A stretch of 63,671 nucleotides of DNA, filler included, from Sphacelaria rigidula (lineage: Eukaryota): assembly GCA_964200075.2 (NCBI GenBank). It is 10 parts of 10 records of this genome, joined end to end, with 100 filler letters (N's around TTAATTAATTAA, not from the genome) between each part and the next. Parts side by side here need not be neighbours in the genome. Positions count along the whole stretch, not along the records: positions 51,020 to 57,295 come from CAXNAA020021056.1; positions 57,396 to 63,671 come from CAXNAA020021057.1; 8 more parts are not named here. The stretch is one strand, 5' to 3'. Shown piece by piece: positions 51,689 to 63,671 of the stretch. Below the pieces are notes generated by a model. It ran no database searches. It was not told the DNA's origin and was given only the letters and a program-made list of their open reading frames with translations. Each line of letters opens with the position of its first letter. Position 1 is the stretch's first letter. The position numbers were made by a program, and so were the translations under genes.

Positions 51689-52603
51689 ATTGCCACCGAC
51701 AATGACGCATATCCACGGTATCCTGATGGTGTTTTTCAGAACAAGTCCGGTAATCATTTTGGTATTTTTGGTATCCCAATACACATGTCTATACACCTGT
51801 CCTGACCTTGTCAGATGTCGTTGCAAACAAGGACGGCAAGCACACGCTCGTTTGACCAAATTTGAGGGTTTTAAAGCAACCGCACACACGTTTCTGAAGG
51901 AAAAGATGACTGCTCGGACGCAGTTTGCCGATACTCGCACGCTAGCTGTGCATCACTTTCTGTATGAAATATTGGATAGCGGGCAACCAACTCGCAGCAG
52001 TTTATTCGGTAATTGCATTCCTGCTGTATTCGACGGGAACTGGATATAGCGCTGTTTGAAATCGATTCGTCAAACGAAGGAGGGGGACTGATATCGCATT
52101 TTTTCACAAATGGGGGACTAGTGGGCTTCTCCTTATACTAGCTTGTTCCATTAAACACCCACGACCTTGATCGTAAACAATACACTAGTAGACTGGGTGG
52201 AGGGGGGTGCAACTGTGACCCACCCCCTCCCTTCCCCTCTGTTGTTGAACAACACCACCTTGAGCGCAATCATAGGGGATGCACGAAATCTGATGGAAAA
52301 CATTGTCAGCAGTATCCTTGTTGTAGCCATTCCCATGTGCCCTCGCGAATTGTCTCTAAATGATATGTCACCTCTCCCCCTCTTTCCAATCTCATTACAC
52401 AACTGTTTTTCTTTGTTCAGATCTTCCTTGCTTGTTCTTTTCTTCTCTCAATGCTTCTTCTTCCTCGAGTTATGTCATCAAGCGACTTTGTACGTTTTGC
52501 TTACCTTGGGTATGTCTATCGTGTGACCACGGAGATCAGTTTCAACGCGCGACAATCAAGCAATTACTCAACTAACCGAACTCCGTCACATTTGGACCAT
52601 TAG

Positions 52604-52729
52604 GGCGGTCAAACGGTGGACATGGTGTTCAACTACGACGTGCTCTACAACCTCCTGATGTGTGATGGCCAAAGTGGCGATGAGCCAACCAGCACCAACA
52701 ATATCGTGGACATTTTAGGAATAGCACAG
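52604..52729 (+). CDS. Next exon of the same membrane protein
   Basis: attag|GGC; GGQTVDMVFNYDVLYNLLMCDGQSGDEPTSTNNIVDILGIAQ|gtatgg; phase 0. Confidence 0.7.
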
Positions 52730-54559
52730 GTATGGCACGCTGATAGGTCCCGGGTTGTTAAATTAGTACGATGAAATTATACCTCGGGTTATGTAAAAGC
52801 GCTTCACGTGTACGAGGATTTCGCCGGCTTTCGCCGCCACGCCCAGTGGATCGAATTCCAAGACGCGTGAGAACCGGTGATAGTTTCGTGTGTTGCGGAA
52901 TGGTACATTGTATAGTTTTGAGGAAAACTTGTAGATGCGCAGCAGCTGAGCACGTTATGCGTGATCTTGCACACATACTTTGAGGTCAACTAGAAATGAT
53001 TCTTTGTGTGAGACGCGCGCACAGCACAAGCACAAAAAGGATCAGCACCCGTTCGAATAATGCCGACAGTTTTGGAGAGTGACCGTTTGTGTTTCTCAGT
53101 GAATTTCCCGCATATGCCAGAGTGGTACAGGACAGAATATCCGAGACAAGAGCACCTGAACCAGTTTTGAGAGCGAATCACAGAGCGCCCTCCGCCCCGA
53201 GTGGGGCAAACAAATGATGCTGCAATGACCTGTCTGACCGTTTCAGATATAACAGTGGATCCTGTAAAATGGGGTCTATCCCAGAAATGAGGTTCAAGTG
53301 GCAGTTTTGTTTTGGAGGGATGATGCGAAACTTACGACCGAGCGAAGCCATCTTCCCCCCAAATGCCCGCAGCAGTTGAGCAGCTGTGGCCAGGTGCACC
53401 GAACGAATGCGGTGTACACGCGTGTCGATGACGACATCACCGGAGAGAGAAGCAACGACAGAGAGGAAGCTTCTCGCCCGTGTCCCTTGCGTGTCCTCGC
53501 TCGTCGATTACCAATCGCTCGAGAGACTGGTATCATCGATGTTACCAGCATGTACCCAACTTTCCATGTTCCAGAACATCGAGGTGCGGAGAGATTTCGT
53601 CTCTTTTTGCGTGTCGAGCTGACCAATGCGAAGATCGAGTTCTCTCTGCCTCTCCTTTCGGGCAGGACGCGCCTCTGGGCGCTGAAAAACCTGTCGTTGA
53701 AATACAGGGCAATGTTCCCCTTACCGCTACTACTATTCTCTGTCACATACATGCCAGCAAGGGCGGTGGTGCGACAATAACAAATCGACTCAATTTGAAC
53801 TCGGGGGGTGTTATTCATCGTTGAGTTTACCACATCTGACCCTCTGGGTGCCCGACCAGAAGAGCGTGCCAAACGCTAGTTGTGGGGGGGGGCTATATGA
53901 GAGATCAAACACTTCTAGAGACCTTCTTGACATCCGGAGTGAAAAAAGATACCTATGATGGTGACCTAATTGTTGCTAGCGTGGCGCATAGGAGTCCGTC
54001 CATGCTGCAATCTGGAGCACACGCTGGTCGCGTGAACACCTCGGTACAGTACGAGTAGCTTCCGAGAATCAATTCCGGTGTGAGGAGGTCGTGCATTACA
54101 AGCTGGGGCGAGATTGCCCTACGATCAACCACTTGTCGTTGCGTTTGAGACCGACGCCATCAACGACCGACAGCAAAGGTCTTGTGGCTTTCACGCAACG
54201 CTACTGGTAGTACGGCAGGCAAACCGGATCATAGCTAGCTTTCTTTGCTCTACCGTACTTACTCCCGTCTGCTTACAGGGGGTCACCGTAACAACATGCA
54301 CCGAAGTTCGCAACAGCTATGAAAGCTAAACAGCTTGATTTTTCTCAATTACACTCACACAATTTAAAAAACTCTCAAGACCTGAGGGAGGACGGCTTCC
54401 CTGTCCCCTCGCCAGGTACTCATGAACGACGACAGAGGTTTTACAAGCGCATGCAACACTAATGAGGGGACGGAGAAATTCTTGTCCATTACATCACGTG
54501 TTTTCCAACCGGCAAAGCGTTTCATGCGCATTGTTTTCTAATACAGAACGGTAACTTGC

Positions 54560-55290
54560 CGATTTCTGTTCTGTCCACGGACTGCCTGATGCCAATCCCC
54601 GAGATGTTTGGTATTGGTGTTCGACGGTATCTTCGCATGTTTAACCGGACCCAAAGCGGCCACCTTCCCTCAGTGACCAGGCCTTTAGATCCACAATCCA
54701 AGGATACAGATGTACAAAAGGGTTATTTTGCGCACAGCTTTACGACTCACGTTGGCCAGGCTATGGACTCGAAGACCCAGTAAAAGGAAGACGTCAGCGG
54801 TGTTGTTGGTGAGTTCATGGTTTTCTTGATTATCGTTCTACTATAGCCCTACATCCAAAAGGAGGCAAACTGATGTGGTCGAGAGGGCGATTGCCTCTGC
54901 CGGGGCGGCGGTTGGGATTTTTGCAAAACCTGATTTCCGCCGCGTGTACAACAACTGCCATATTACAAAGTCAGCCTGGCGCGTTGCGCTTTTGGCCGAT
55001 CAAAGCTTCAGCAGCAACGTGCCCGTATGGCCGATCATGTACAGACTAATCTCCCGTCTCCAAACTGATCGAATTGTGCCTGCGTCGGCGGCCCCGCTTA
55101 GTCAACCATCTCTCTATATATCCCAATCAACCATCTGGTATATCCAATTTCTACTTTACAAGCACACAATCGACTATAATTCTCTTCTCTTACTTGCCGA
55201 TCATGTCTGGGAACAATCGTCACATCCAGAGTATTGGTGAAATTCACGCGCGCGGTCATTTACCATCACATTAGCCCATCATGACTCGTG
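54560..55290 (+). pseudogene. Highly decayed Ty3/Gypsy RT-connection/RNase H relic
   Basis: Fragments RYLRMF..VTRPL, VWPIMY, LLADH and SIGEIHAR occur in the same order as PIVY, YTDH and AEHNAR in the contig-4 pol. Confidence 0.45.
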
Positions 55291-56671
55291 ACAAGTGCAG
55301 TTCCTTTTCAGAAAGAACGAACTTGCATCCAGAGACTCCAGCTGATTAGCATCATGAGTCTAAAAGGTCTGGTCACTGAATGCAAGCAGCTGTTGCTGTG
55401 GTGTGCGCTTGAGAAGGATTGCCTGGAGCGTGCATCACGAATTGAATACAGGACAAGCTTACTAATATTCCTTCCTAAGAGATACGGCGGGCGTCCACTA
55501 CCGCAGTTGGGGCTTCAGTTGGGATTAACAGCATCATGCGCCATTCATCAAACCTCAGGCTCTCAATCCTTAGACCACGAGGGTGGTCCATCCAGACCAT
55601 GCGTACCCTTTTCAAGTGAAGTTAATGCCGATTCAACAGATGACCTAATCTCGCTGTCTCAGGGCTAACCATTTGGCTGCGGGCGGTGATCTATTTGTGA
55701 ATTGGTATTTTTCATCCCTGTTTCAAGTGAAACGCTTCACCATTGGACCGCCGGAGCTCCAGGTGTCCATTTATTGAATAGTCATCATTCCAGTTTTTGT
55801 TCAAGTAACAATGGGGCGGTCATGAAATTTCAACGACTGAAAAATGATGCCGGTTCGAAAACATTCACCTCGCTTCCGGGGACCGCACAACAGGAGTCGT
55901 GCAGTAGGTTGAATCAAGTACATTCAACCACCATTATGTAGTACCCATGCAGGTGCAGAACAAAACAATATAGTGCTGTATTATCTTGAAACGCCTAACT
56001 GCCAGGGAATGTCAGCTCCGGCGGTGTGGTGAATTAAGTATGATCTAACGATCAAACGGTTGACCCATTGACCGCCGAAGGTGTCCATTTATTGAACCGT
56101 CATCATTCAATTCATTTTTCAAGTGGAAATGATGCCGCCATAGGATTTCGACGACTAAAAAATGATGTCGATTCAACAAATGGGTAGCTCGCTCTCGGGG
56201 ACACATACAGGCTGTAGCCAAATGATACCAAGCCGTAGGTGTCAGTATAATCGCATGCATGATTGGAGCAGTGGCAGGGGACAGGGGATCGTGGATTGAT
56301 GACCCTCATCTGTGTGACGCCTTGCTGTCTAGCTCTTGATGTGGTCTGTTTAGGATCACTCCGTGATAATAACAAGTGAGAAGAAAGGACTTTTCGAGCA
56401 CGAAGTCAGTACTACTGGAGGAGTCCCTCGTGGATAGTCCTCTTGTCCAGATCGTCTGGCAGAGGCCACAATATCTAGATATTGTTCTTCCAGCACTCTG
56501 TTAGAGGAGTCTTGGCTGAGGAGAAAAGTTGGGCAGCAGCTTAGAGCCAGTTCAGCCCACAGACAGGAGGAGACCAACTTGAAGCGCACAGCAGAAGGGG
56601 ACGCTCCGTGAGCTGGAGGACGTACAAGTCAGGCAAGAGTCTCTCCGTGAAGTGTTTGAAGCATAGACGAC

Positions 56672-57254
56672 ATGGCTCAAGCGGCGGCAGCGCCGCTGGT
56701 GTTAGGTGAGCCACTACAGCCGCCAAAGTATGGTGAAGTATGGACCGAGGAGGCATCACGGGTTTGTTTCGAAGCATACCTTAAATATACACACCGTCTA
56801 AGTCTCGCTAATGGACAAGGGATTCTGACTGCTGCCGAGATAGCCCCCCCCCAAACCGGCCAAAAACGTGCACGGGGGCGATACTCATAAATGCCGTTAG
56901 AGCTGGTTTCTTGCTGCCCGACGCGACTCAGTTGGGCGTCATAGCTGATTTCACACTGCTACACGCCTCTCATGTGGGCGAAGTTGCTGTAAACGAGCCC
57001 AACAGTGAAATCGCAGCCGGTTTGCCAATCGGTCTTCCGTGCACTTTTTGTAGGGGGGCTATCTCGGCATGAGTCTTTTACGGCATGAGAGAGTGAGCAT
57101 AGGACAACTCATTCCTGTCTACATTCACCGCTGCTTCGAAGACATGTTCAAGGACGGCCGGGCGATGACCCCCGATGAGTTTCTTGATGCTGTGAAGCAG
57201 CATGCCGGGTATACTACAACTAGCCTGGAGGCTATGTTTGGAGTTGACTGCTAA
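56672..57254 (+). pseudogene. ORF (possibly a retroelement gag N-terminus) interrupted by a MITE
   Basis: Removing 56827-57075 plus one TSD joins ...LSLANGQGIL|RHERVSIGQLIP... in frame; the gag identity is a guess. Confidence 0.5.
56827..57075. mobile_element. MITE with GAC...GTC termini and a 4-bp TSD
   Basis: gactgctgccgagatagcccccc / ggggggctatctcggcatgagtc; flanks ttct/tttt; excision restores the host frame. Confidence 0.88.
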
Positions 57255-57798
57255 GGACCCCAGTGCACACACTCTTGGAATGAGTGGGGGAGACGNNNNN
57301 NNNNNNNNNNNNNNNNNNNNNNNNNNNNNNNNNNNNNNNTTAATTAATTAANNNNNNNNNNNNNNNNNNNNNNNNNNNNNNNNNNNNNNNNNNNNAAAAA
57401 CCACCAATATAAGACCTGCTGTCTGACTGCGGCCTAGGCTATCTCCATAACACTATCAGCGCTAGCACTTTCAAGTAGTAGTGAAGAACGGTACTCCAGA
57501 CAAACGAAAAAAAAAGGACAATGACGAATTCTGAAAACTTCTGACGCTGACTACTATAGCAGCTGTAATACTCCTCGCAGAACTCAGCCTAGATTAGAGA
57601 ACACCCGACGTATCGCTTCGCTCCGGCATTATGAGGCTGCGAGGTCAACAATTGAAAACACCATGACACACGCCATCATCAGTCTGAGCCGGTACCATAC
57701 CAAGGGACGGTTCCCAAATACGTCCGAGCCGTCTCACTGGTGTACTTCGGTTCAAGTACCCCGACGAAGAAACAAGGAACATGCATTTTGGCATTCAC

Positions 57799-58786
57799 CT
57801 TGGCGAGAAGTTTCTCGGAACAAACACTCTCCGCTCGAAGGCCGGTCACCCCAACAAGCAAGTTGTCCGGCCACGTCTGCCACGGCGTTCTGACGGTATC
57901 CTCCAGCGATACCGCGGTCATATCTTCTTGTCGCATCAGCTCGTCACGGGGATGTGCCCAATCGGCCTGAATATTTGTTGACAGAACACGTGCAGATCGA
58001 AGCTCGGTGTTGTTTTAATCTCTGCTGTATAACACCGTCCGCGATGTTTGTGTGTATAGCAGAGGCACATGCTCGTGATTGAAGACACTGGAAACATAAT
58101 TTGACATCGTTATGACTGAATACAACATCCACACTCCCTACAAAACCATTCGGAGGCCGTGAAGATATGCGTTCAGCTCTGGCGACGTTTTGCACCACCA
58201 ACGAGAAGCAGTAACATAAAAAACAATGCAGAGCTGCACCCAACGTACACCCAGACAGGCAACGCTTGGAGGGGCAACGTGCAACTCCACCTCCATAGGA
58301 ATTTGAACTATAATCTCGCTTTTTCCTTTCCCCTCCGGGCAGTTGAAAAAGGAGCGAGATTTGGCAAACAATTATAATAGTCGGTGAGCCGCGGGAGTGC
58401 TAATGCATTACTCGACAGTAGACGGCGAAGTAAGTACCGCGGTAGAGATGACTTCAGCACTCAAGACTACGGACTCGTCCTGAGGAGGGAGAAGGAAGGA
58501 GAGGGTCAAAAGAGCGGCAAAATTGATCCTCACAACTAAATCACTCGTGAACTGAACGTGGCTATTGGACGCAAGCCTTACGAAACGCTGTAAGGTCCTT
58601 ACCGTCACCGTGGACTTGAGGGCAGCCAGCGGCCGGCTCGTTTGTTTATTCTCAGCCGACGACGCCACGCCCGTAGCCTTCGCGGTGCCACTACTCTTAC
58701 GTGACGATAACTCCTGTATCTGCGGTTTTGCCGAGTCGTCCCTTATGCGCTGCTGGGCAGGTCCCACGTTTTTATCCCCCTTGAAC
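57799..58786 (-). CDS. Multi-exon gene fragment of unknown function (candidate exons 58603-58786, 58438-58479, 57799-57966)
   Basis: Each candidate has a pyrimidine tract + AG, an open frame and a GT donor with compatible phases; no recognisable domain. Confidence 0.45.
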
Positions 58787-59739
58787 CTATTGACGAAAAT
58801 AAACAAACAAGGAAACGAAAAAGGAAGTCAGAAAAAGAAGGATTACAAAACTCGCACCGCAATCGGGTGTATCTTTTATTGTGTGTGGGAAACATGCACA
58901 TGCTGCTTCGTTTTAAGCGGCTTTCCGTAACCTTTAGTTAACGTTCACGGCCACAGGTTTGGGAACACGGACGTGGTCAGTTACGACCACTTATCAAGGA
59001 TATCGTCGTGAATTTACCGCATTCAAACCCCAAGCTTGGTACAACCACGGGAGCGGGGAAGATACGTCGAAACACGTACCGAGCGGGTATCGGAAGTCCC
59101 GTCTTAACTTTCTGTGCACTTACTGGAACGCAACAACAAAATCAGCGCGCACCATAGTACTTTCGAAGCTGAGGTCTACCTGGACGCGAGAATGTATGTC
59201 ACCTGTGTTGCACATCTCGTGAATAATGGATAAGAAAGAAAACTTGTTCGGAGGAATCAAGATTAAATTCATATCCGCAAGTTCGACAAACCCTTTTGGA
59301 CCAACGGGCGTCTTGGCCATGCACACACGGGATCAGGTTTTAATCACCTCCTGGTCGGGATAGGCATTTGACATCACAGCGTCGGGGATGGTGGCATTTT
59401 CTGCGCTCTTCATCTGGACGTGGACCGTCATGTGCAACGCCATAAGGCAGTCTGGCGTATCTATCTACTTTTATCGTCTGACATTGTTCTGTGCAGGGCA
59501 AAAGGGATCGGCTTCAGTGCTGAATCCAAGTGAACAGGCGAAGACCCGCCGCCTTCAAGCAAGCGAAGCCCCTCATGCCCATGTGAACACATGAATACCG
59601 ACGTGCTTGACGGGCGTTTTCCAGAGGACAGCACCGGAGCTGCCATAGTCCCATTATCCACCTGTCAGCTTGTTCAAAAAGCTTTTCAGAAGCTGTTCGA
59701 TATCTCGAAGATGACTATGCGATCATTCTACAGTAGAGG

Positions 59740-60470
59740 AAGGCAGGACGTGAGCACCAGCAAGAGTTTCCCACGTCGGACGAGCACGAGTATAAATCGT
59801 GGCACTCGCACTCGTTGGGCTGCTCGGTTACCGTAAATATCAAAAAGGCGAGCACTCCAGTCATGGCTCGTTGTGGGGAAAATTAGGAGGGCGAGCACAT
59901 GAGTCATTGCTCGATGGGAAAAAAAAATGACGGGGCGAGCACTCGATTCATTGCTCGTTGTTGAAAAAATTAGTAGAGCGAGTACTCCAGTCATTGCTCG
60001 TAGAGGAGAAGTGAATGACCCGAGTACACGAGTCATTGCTCGTGATGAACGGCTGGAGTGGCGGAGTCAGCAATCCGATGAGCAAATAATTACAATGAAC
60101 TCTTCGACGATCTTGAAACTAGAATCTTCAAGTTCAAATGCATATCTGCACATGTACAAGTGTCAAGCTCCAAAGCTCGCTTCCTTTTATCCAAGCACCC
60201 CCCGGTCACACACACACAGATCAGAGTTCAACTAAAGCGGCGGAGAGTATCTCTCGAGTAGTACATTCATCGGGCGAGCACTGGAGTCATTGATTGTTTC
60301 GGAAAAATGAACGACTCGAGCACACGAGTCATTGCTCGTTGTGAAAAAAAACATGACTGGTGCACACGAGTCATTGCTTGTGGAAAATACATATTTACTA
60401 GAGCACACGAGTCATTGCTCGTTGTGAAACAAAAACATGATTCGAGCACACACACGAGTCATGCTCGTTG
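59740..60470. repeat. ~43-bp tandem array with hairpin core CGAGCA-N10-TGCTCG; blocks ~59740-60045 and ~60270-60470
   Basis: cgag anchors at 59849, 59892, 59936, 59979, 60021. Confidence 0.9.
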
Positions 60471-62229
60471 TGTTTCCAAAAAATATCCACCAGTGCACTC
60501 ATTTCGACGAGTGACGACTCGTCCAGTGTGTGAAGAGTTTTGATCGCTTCAAACCACGGCCCCGAGGAAGGGGAGGGCTTGGAAGTGTGACGAAACAAGA
60601 GCAAGAAAAAAGGCCCGATCCTGTAAGGGTTGAGTCAACTGGAGGAATGTTTGAAACCGCTGAACGAAAAACCTACCCGGGTTGGTTGGACTGCCAAGAA
60701 CATTCTGCAGCCTCCATGGAAGTTTCTGCAGATTTCGAGTTCTGCAACAGGAGCGCGGGGTCGTTGACGTTTCATGATTTTTCCCGCGATCATGAAATCT
60801 CAATAAATACTAAAAGTTGCACAACGGCGTGCAGAGGGGTTCGTGGGGCATGGAGGGGGGCAAATTTTTGTTTTATTCCCTGCTGGATTATTTGATCGCG
60901 TAAACTAGCAGCGGTGCCCCGAAGACGATCAGTAAATTCATCTCAGCCGAGACAGCACCTCGAGTCACGAAGCCAACCCCAAGGTGCACGATCAGAACAC
61001 ACTTGATTCCTCGCTCGGAACCCACGGCGTTACATTTCAAAGAGCTTTACAAGGTGCGCACTGGCGTTCGAAGAAATATGGGCTGACCACAACTGGAGCT
61101 GTTCCAAACGCTTGTCCCATATCAACATGAATTCTGATCACGAATACACATGGTATGTATCTGAATATATATACACATATTTACATATATAGAAAAAAAG
61201 AGCACCTACGAATCCTACATTCATGAGACGATTGTTTTCGAGATGCATGAAACTCCATTTGGTTAAAAATCGATTACAATGACTACAGTACAATGCCTGC
61301 GCAACCACTTTCTACAAAGGAATGATGAACCGCCGTCGTGGTTGCTTGTGACCTGAAGCAGGTGCACACAACCCTGGCCGTCGGCATGGCGGTTACCGCG
61401 GCACAATACTACGACCTCGACCCGTTGATTTGTGTCGGCGCGCACATGAAGTGTGTCAGCCGTGGCTCCAAGAACAAGAGCACTAGTACAGTACAACGCA
61501 GTGCAACGTGAGTGCCTGCGCGACTGGAAAAGGCCCTCACTTGTTCTTGCAGGACTGGAATATTTGTCCTCCCTATTTATATTCGAGATTTCTCGCATAA
61601 ATTTTCCTCAGCAATCTCGGCTGACCGAATATTCTTCGAACACGGCACCACTTTACAATGCTCTAGGGATGCCATGTGCAAAGATGTTACAGGAGTTAAT
61701 CTTCAGAGCAGCTGCGGGGGGTCGTCAAAGTTTGACATTTTCATAGGGAAAAGTTTCAGATCCCGACCCGCGGTCGGTGAAAGCGCCAAACTGTTTTGTG
61801 AGGTTCTCACCCGCGCTTCAATACGGTGCAGCACAGCTGCACATGCTGCTTGTTGGTGGCACATGCATCTGCGTCTACGTCGGGTGACGTTGGGTTTGCA
61901 CTCCAAGACCTGGGCCAGCCGAAAAAAAAACATTTCTTCGGCACGATACTATAAATGTTTCGGTTTCTCGAACAAGTCCGATCCAAGTATATCGCTGCGA
62001 ACTATAGATCAATCTGCTGATGACAAGCTTCCATGGTTCAGACGAGTTAAAGTTCATATGGTTTGACTCCCCATGAAATGTTGGATGCGAATCATGTGCC
62101 AAAGCATCATCCGGTATGAATTACGAATCGTGAAGTTGTACGTTCAAGGTCATAGCGCACGAATCACGAACTGGGAATGTGTACACTCCAAGTAGTATCA
62201 GACGAACCAAAAGTTCAACATGTGTACGA

Positions 62230-63500
62230 ATCACAGTTCCTCTATGAATCATGGGTGAGAAACATGTGCACCTGATTCATCACGTATGAATCCAAGGTAA
62301 AAAACATGTGCGTATGATTCATGTTGCATGAACGGAAATTGGGAAACATGTGCGCTTGATTCACCTCGTATGAATGGAAGGTGGAGAAGATGTACGTATG
62401 ATTCATCCTACATGAACGGAAAATGGAATACATGTATCTGTGATTCACCTTGTAAGAATGGAAGGGACAGAACGTGTGCCGATGATTCATACGCCGCATG
62501 GATTAAAGGGGAGATACATGTACACTTGATTCACCTCGTATGAATGGAAGGCGGAAAACATGTATCTGTGATCCATGCTCGCGAACACAGGTGGAAAACA
62601 TGTACATGAATCACGTAACTCATGCTGTATGAATGATATGAACACAAACAAGTGGAAGAATCACTCTAGACACACAGATAGGTGCCGTGCCATGCTGAAC
62701 CGTTCTGTCCGCGGACTGCAGTGTACACTGCTGGAGTTTTCCCGAACATTCCAGCGAGCGTGCGAGGACGACTCATGCTGGTGCTGGTGCTCTATTCTTC
62801 GCAAGTGTTCGTGGTACTGCACACAGTATTTTCAGGTCAACTGTACCGTAGAACACAACATAAAACCACGAAGACTGTCAACAGCATAGCTCGGGAAATA
62901 AAACTTGCTAGAAAGACCGTTCGGGGCCCGCAGACTCGTGTGTAGTACGATAGTCGATGTGCTACGTGAGTACAAAACTGATGCTGGGTTAATTGCGGAC
63001 TTGGCGCTTATGGATGGAGTTCGCGACGTGTACGCTCTTATTTGCCCATGCCACCTGCAAAAGGGGCGCGCCACCGAAGGGTCGCACCCCATGAAATGAC
63101 AGGTGGGGAACAACACATTCTCTTGGTCTATGTCATGTGAACAGAAGCTGGGGCACGCGCACGTACGATTCACGCTGCATACATGAAAAGTGTGAAGCAC
63201 GTACACTTGATCCATCTCGTATCAAAGGAAGGTACGGAACATGTACAATGATTCATGCTGCATGACGGTAAATTGGGAACCATGCACGCTCGATTCACCT
63301 CGTATGACTGGAAGGTGGGAAATATGTGCGTATGATTTATCCTGCATGAACGGTAATCGGGAACCATGTACGCTTGATTCACCTCGTATGAATGGAGGGC
63401 GTGGAACGTGTGCCCATGATTTATGTTGAATGAATGGAAATTGGTAAACATGTACTCATGATTCACACCATACGGATGAAAAGTAGAAAACGTGTACCTT
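62230..63500. repeat. 42-bp tandem array with two alternating subtypes; blocks ~62230-62640 and ~63160-63500
   Basis: gattca-type anchors at 62274, 62316, 62358, 62400, 62442, 62484, 62528, 62570. Confidence 0.92.
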
Positions 63501-63671
63501 CGACGGTGTACCGCACGAATCACGAGCTGGGAATGTGTACACTCAAAGTAGTGTAGTACGAATCATGGACCCAAAAAATGTACAGATCACAACTCGTGTA
63601 CTAATCGTATGATTGATTCGTCCCCCACCGCTGATTATCGAAGCATCGGGCCAGAAATACGCCCAAACAAG

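Noticed and set aside
53294..53872. Overlapping 160-192 aa ORFs
   Set aside because: No domain recognised; possibly decayed retroelement sequence upstream of the RNase H relic, but this cannot be supported.
60900..62100. 184-aa ORF 61512-62066 and overlapping ORFs
   Set aside because: No recognisable motif or consistent splice structure.
1..63671. A gene neighbourhood or multi-gene system spanning the window
   Set aside because: The contigs are concatenated by length with synthetic spacers, so adjacency across spacers carries no biological meaning.

Overview
This window is not one locus. It is ten unrelated contigs of 6276-6278 bp, sorted by length and joined by artificial 100-bp spacers (44 N + TTAATTAATTAA + 44 N). 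Contigs: 1-6278, 6379-12656, 12757-19034, 19135-25412, 25513-31789, 31890-38166, 38267-44543, 44644-50919, 51020-57295, 57396-63671. The DNA is eukaryotic, with short exons, long repeat-laden GT-AG introns and many microsatellites; this looks most like a fragmented brown-algal (Phaeophyceae) or other stramenopile assembly, which is an inference. Almost all ORFs in the supplied track are spurious. Spliced gene fragments reconstructed by eye: the 3' end of a C-terminal-motor kinesin-14 (3 exons), an RSPH10B-like flagellar protein (5 exons), a lipoxygenase (6 exons), a GH36 raffinose-synthase/Sip1-like exon and several unknown proteins. Mobile DNA: a decayed Ty3/Gypsy pol whose integrase carries a chromodomain plus a second PWWP/Tudor-like module, a hAT relic with a BED zinc finger, MITEs with 8-bp, 4-bp and TTAA target-site duplications (TSDs), tRNA-derived SINE heads and long foldback palindromes. 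The most striking unexplained pattern is that five sequence-unrelated tandem arrays on three contigs share a 41-44 bp period (about four helical turns). In one of them only a palindromic motif and its spacing are conserved between unique spacers. No CRISPR array, rRNA or prokaryotic system is supported. All calls are by eye; no searches were run.
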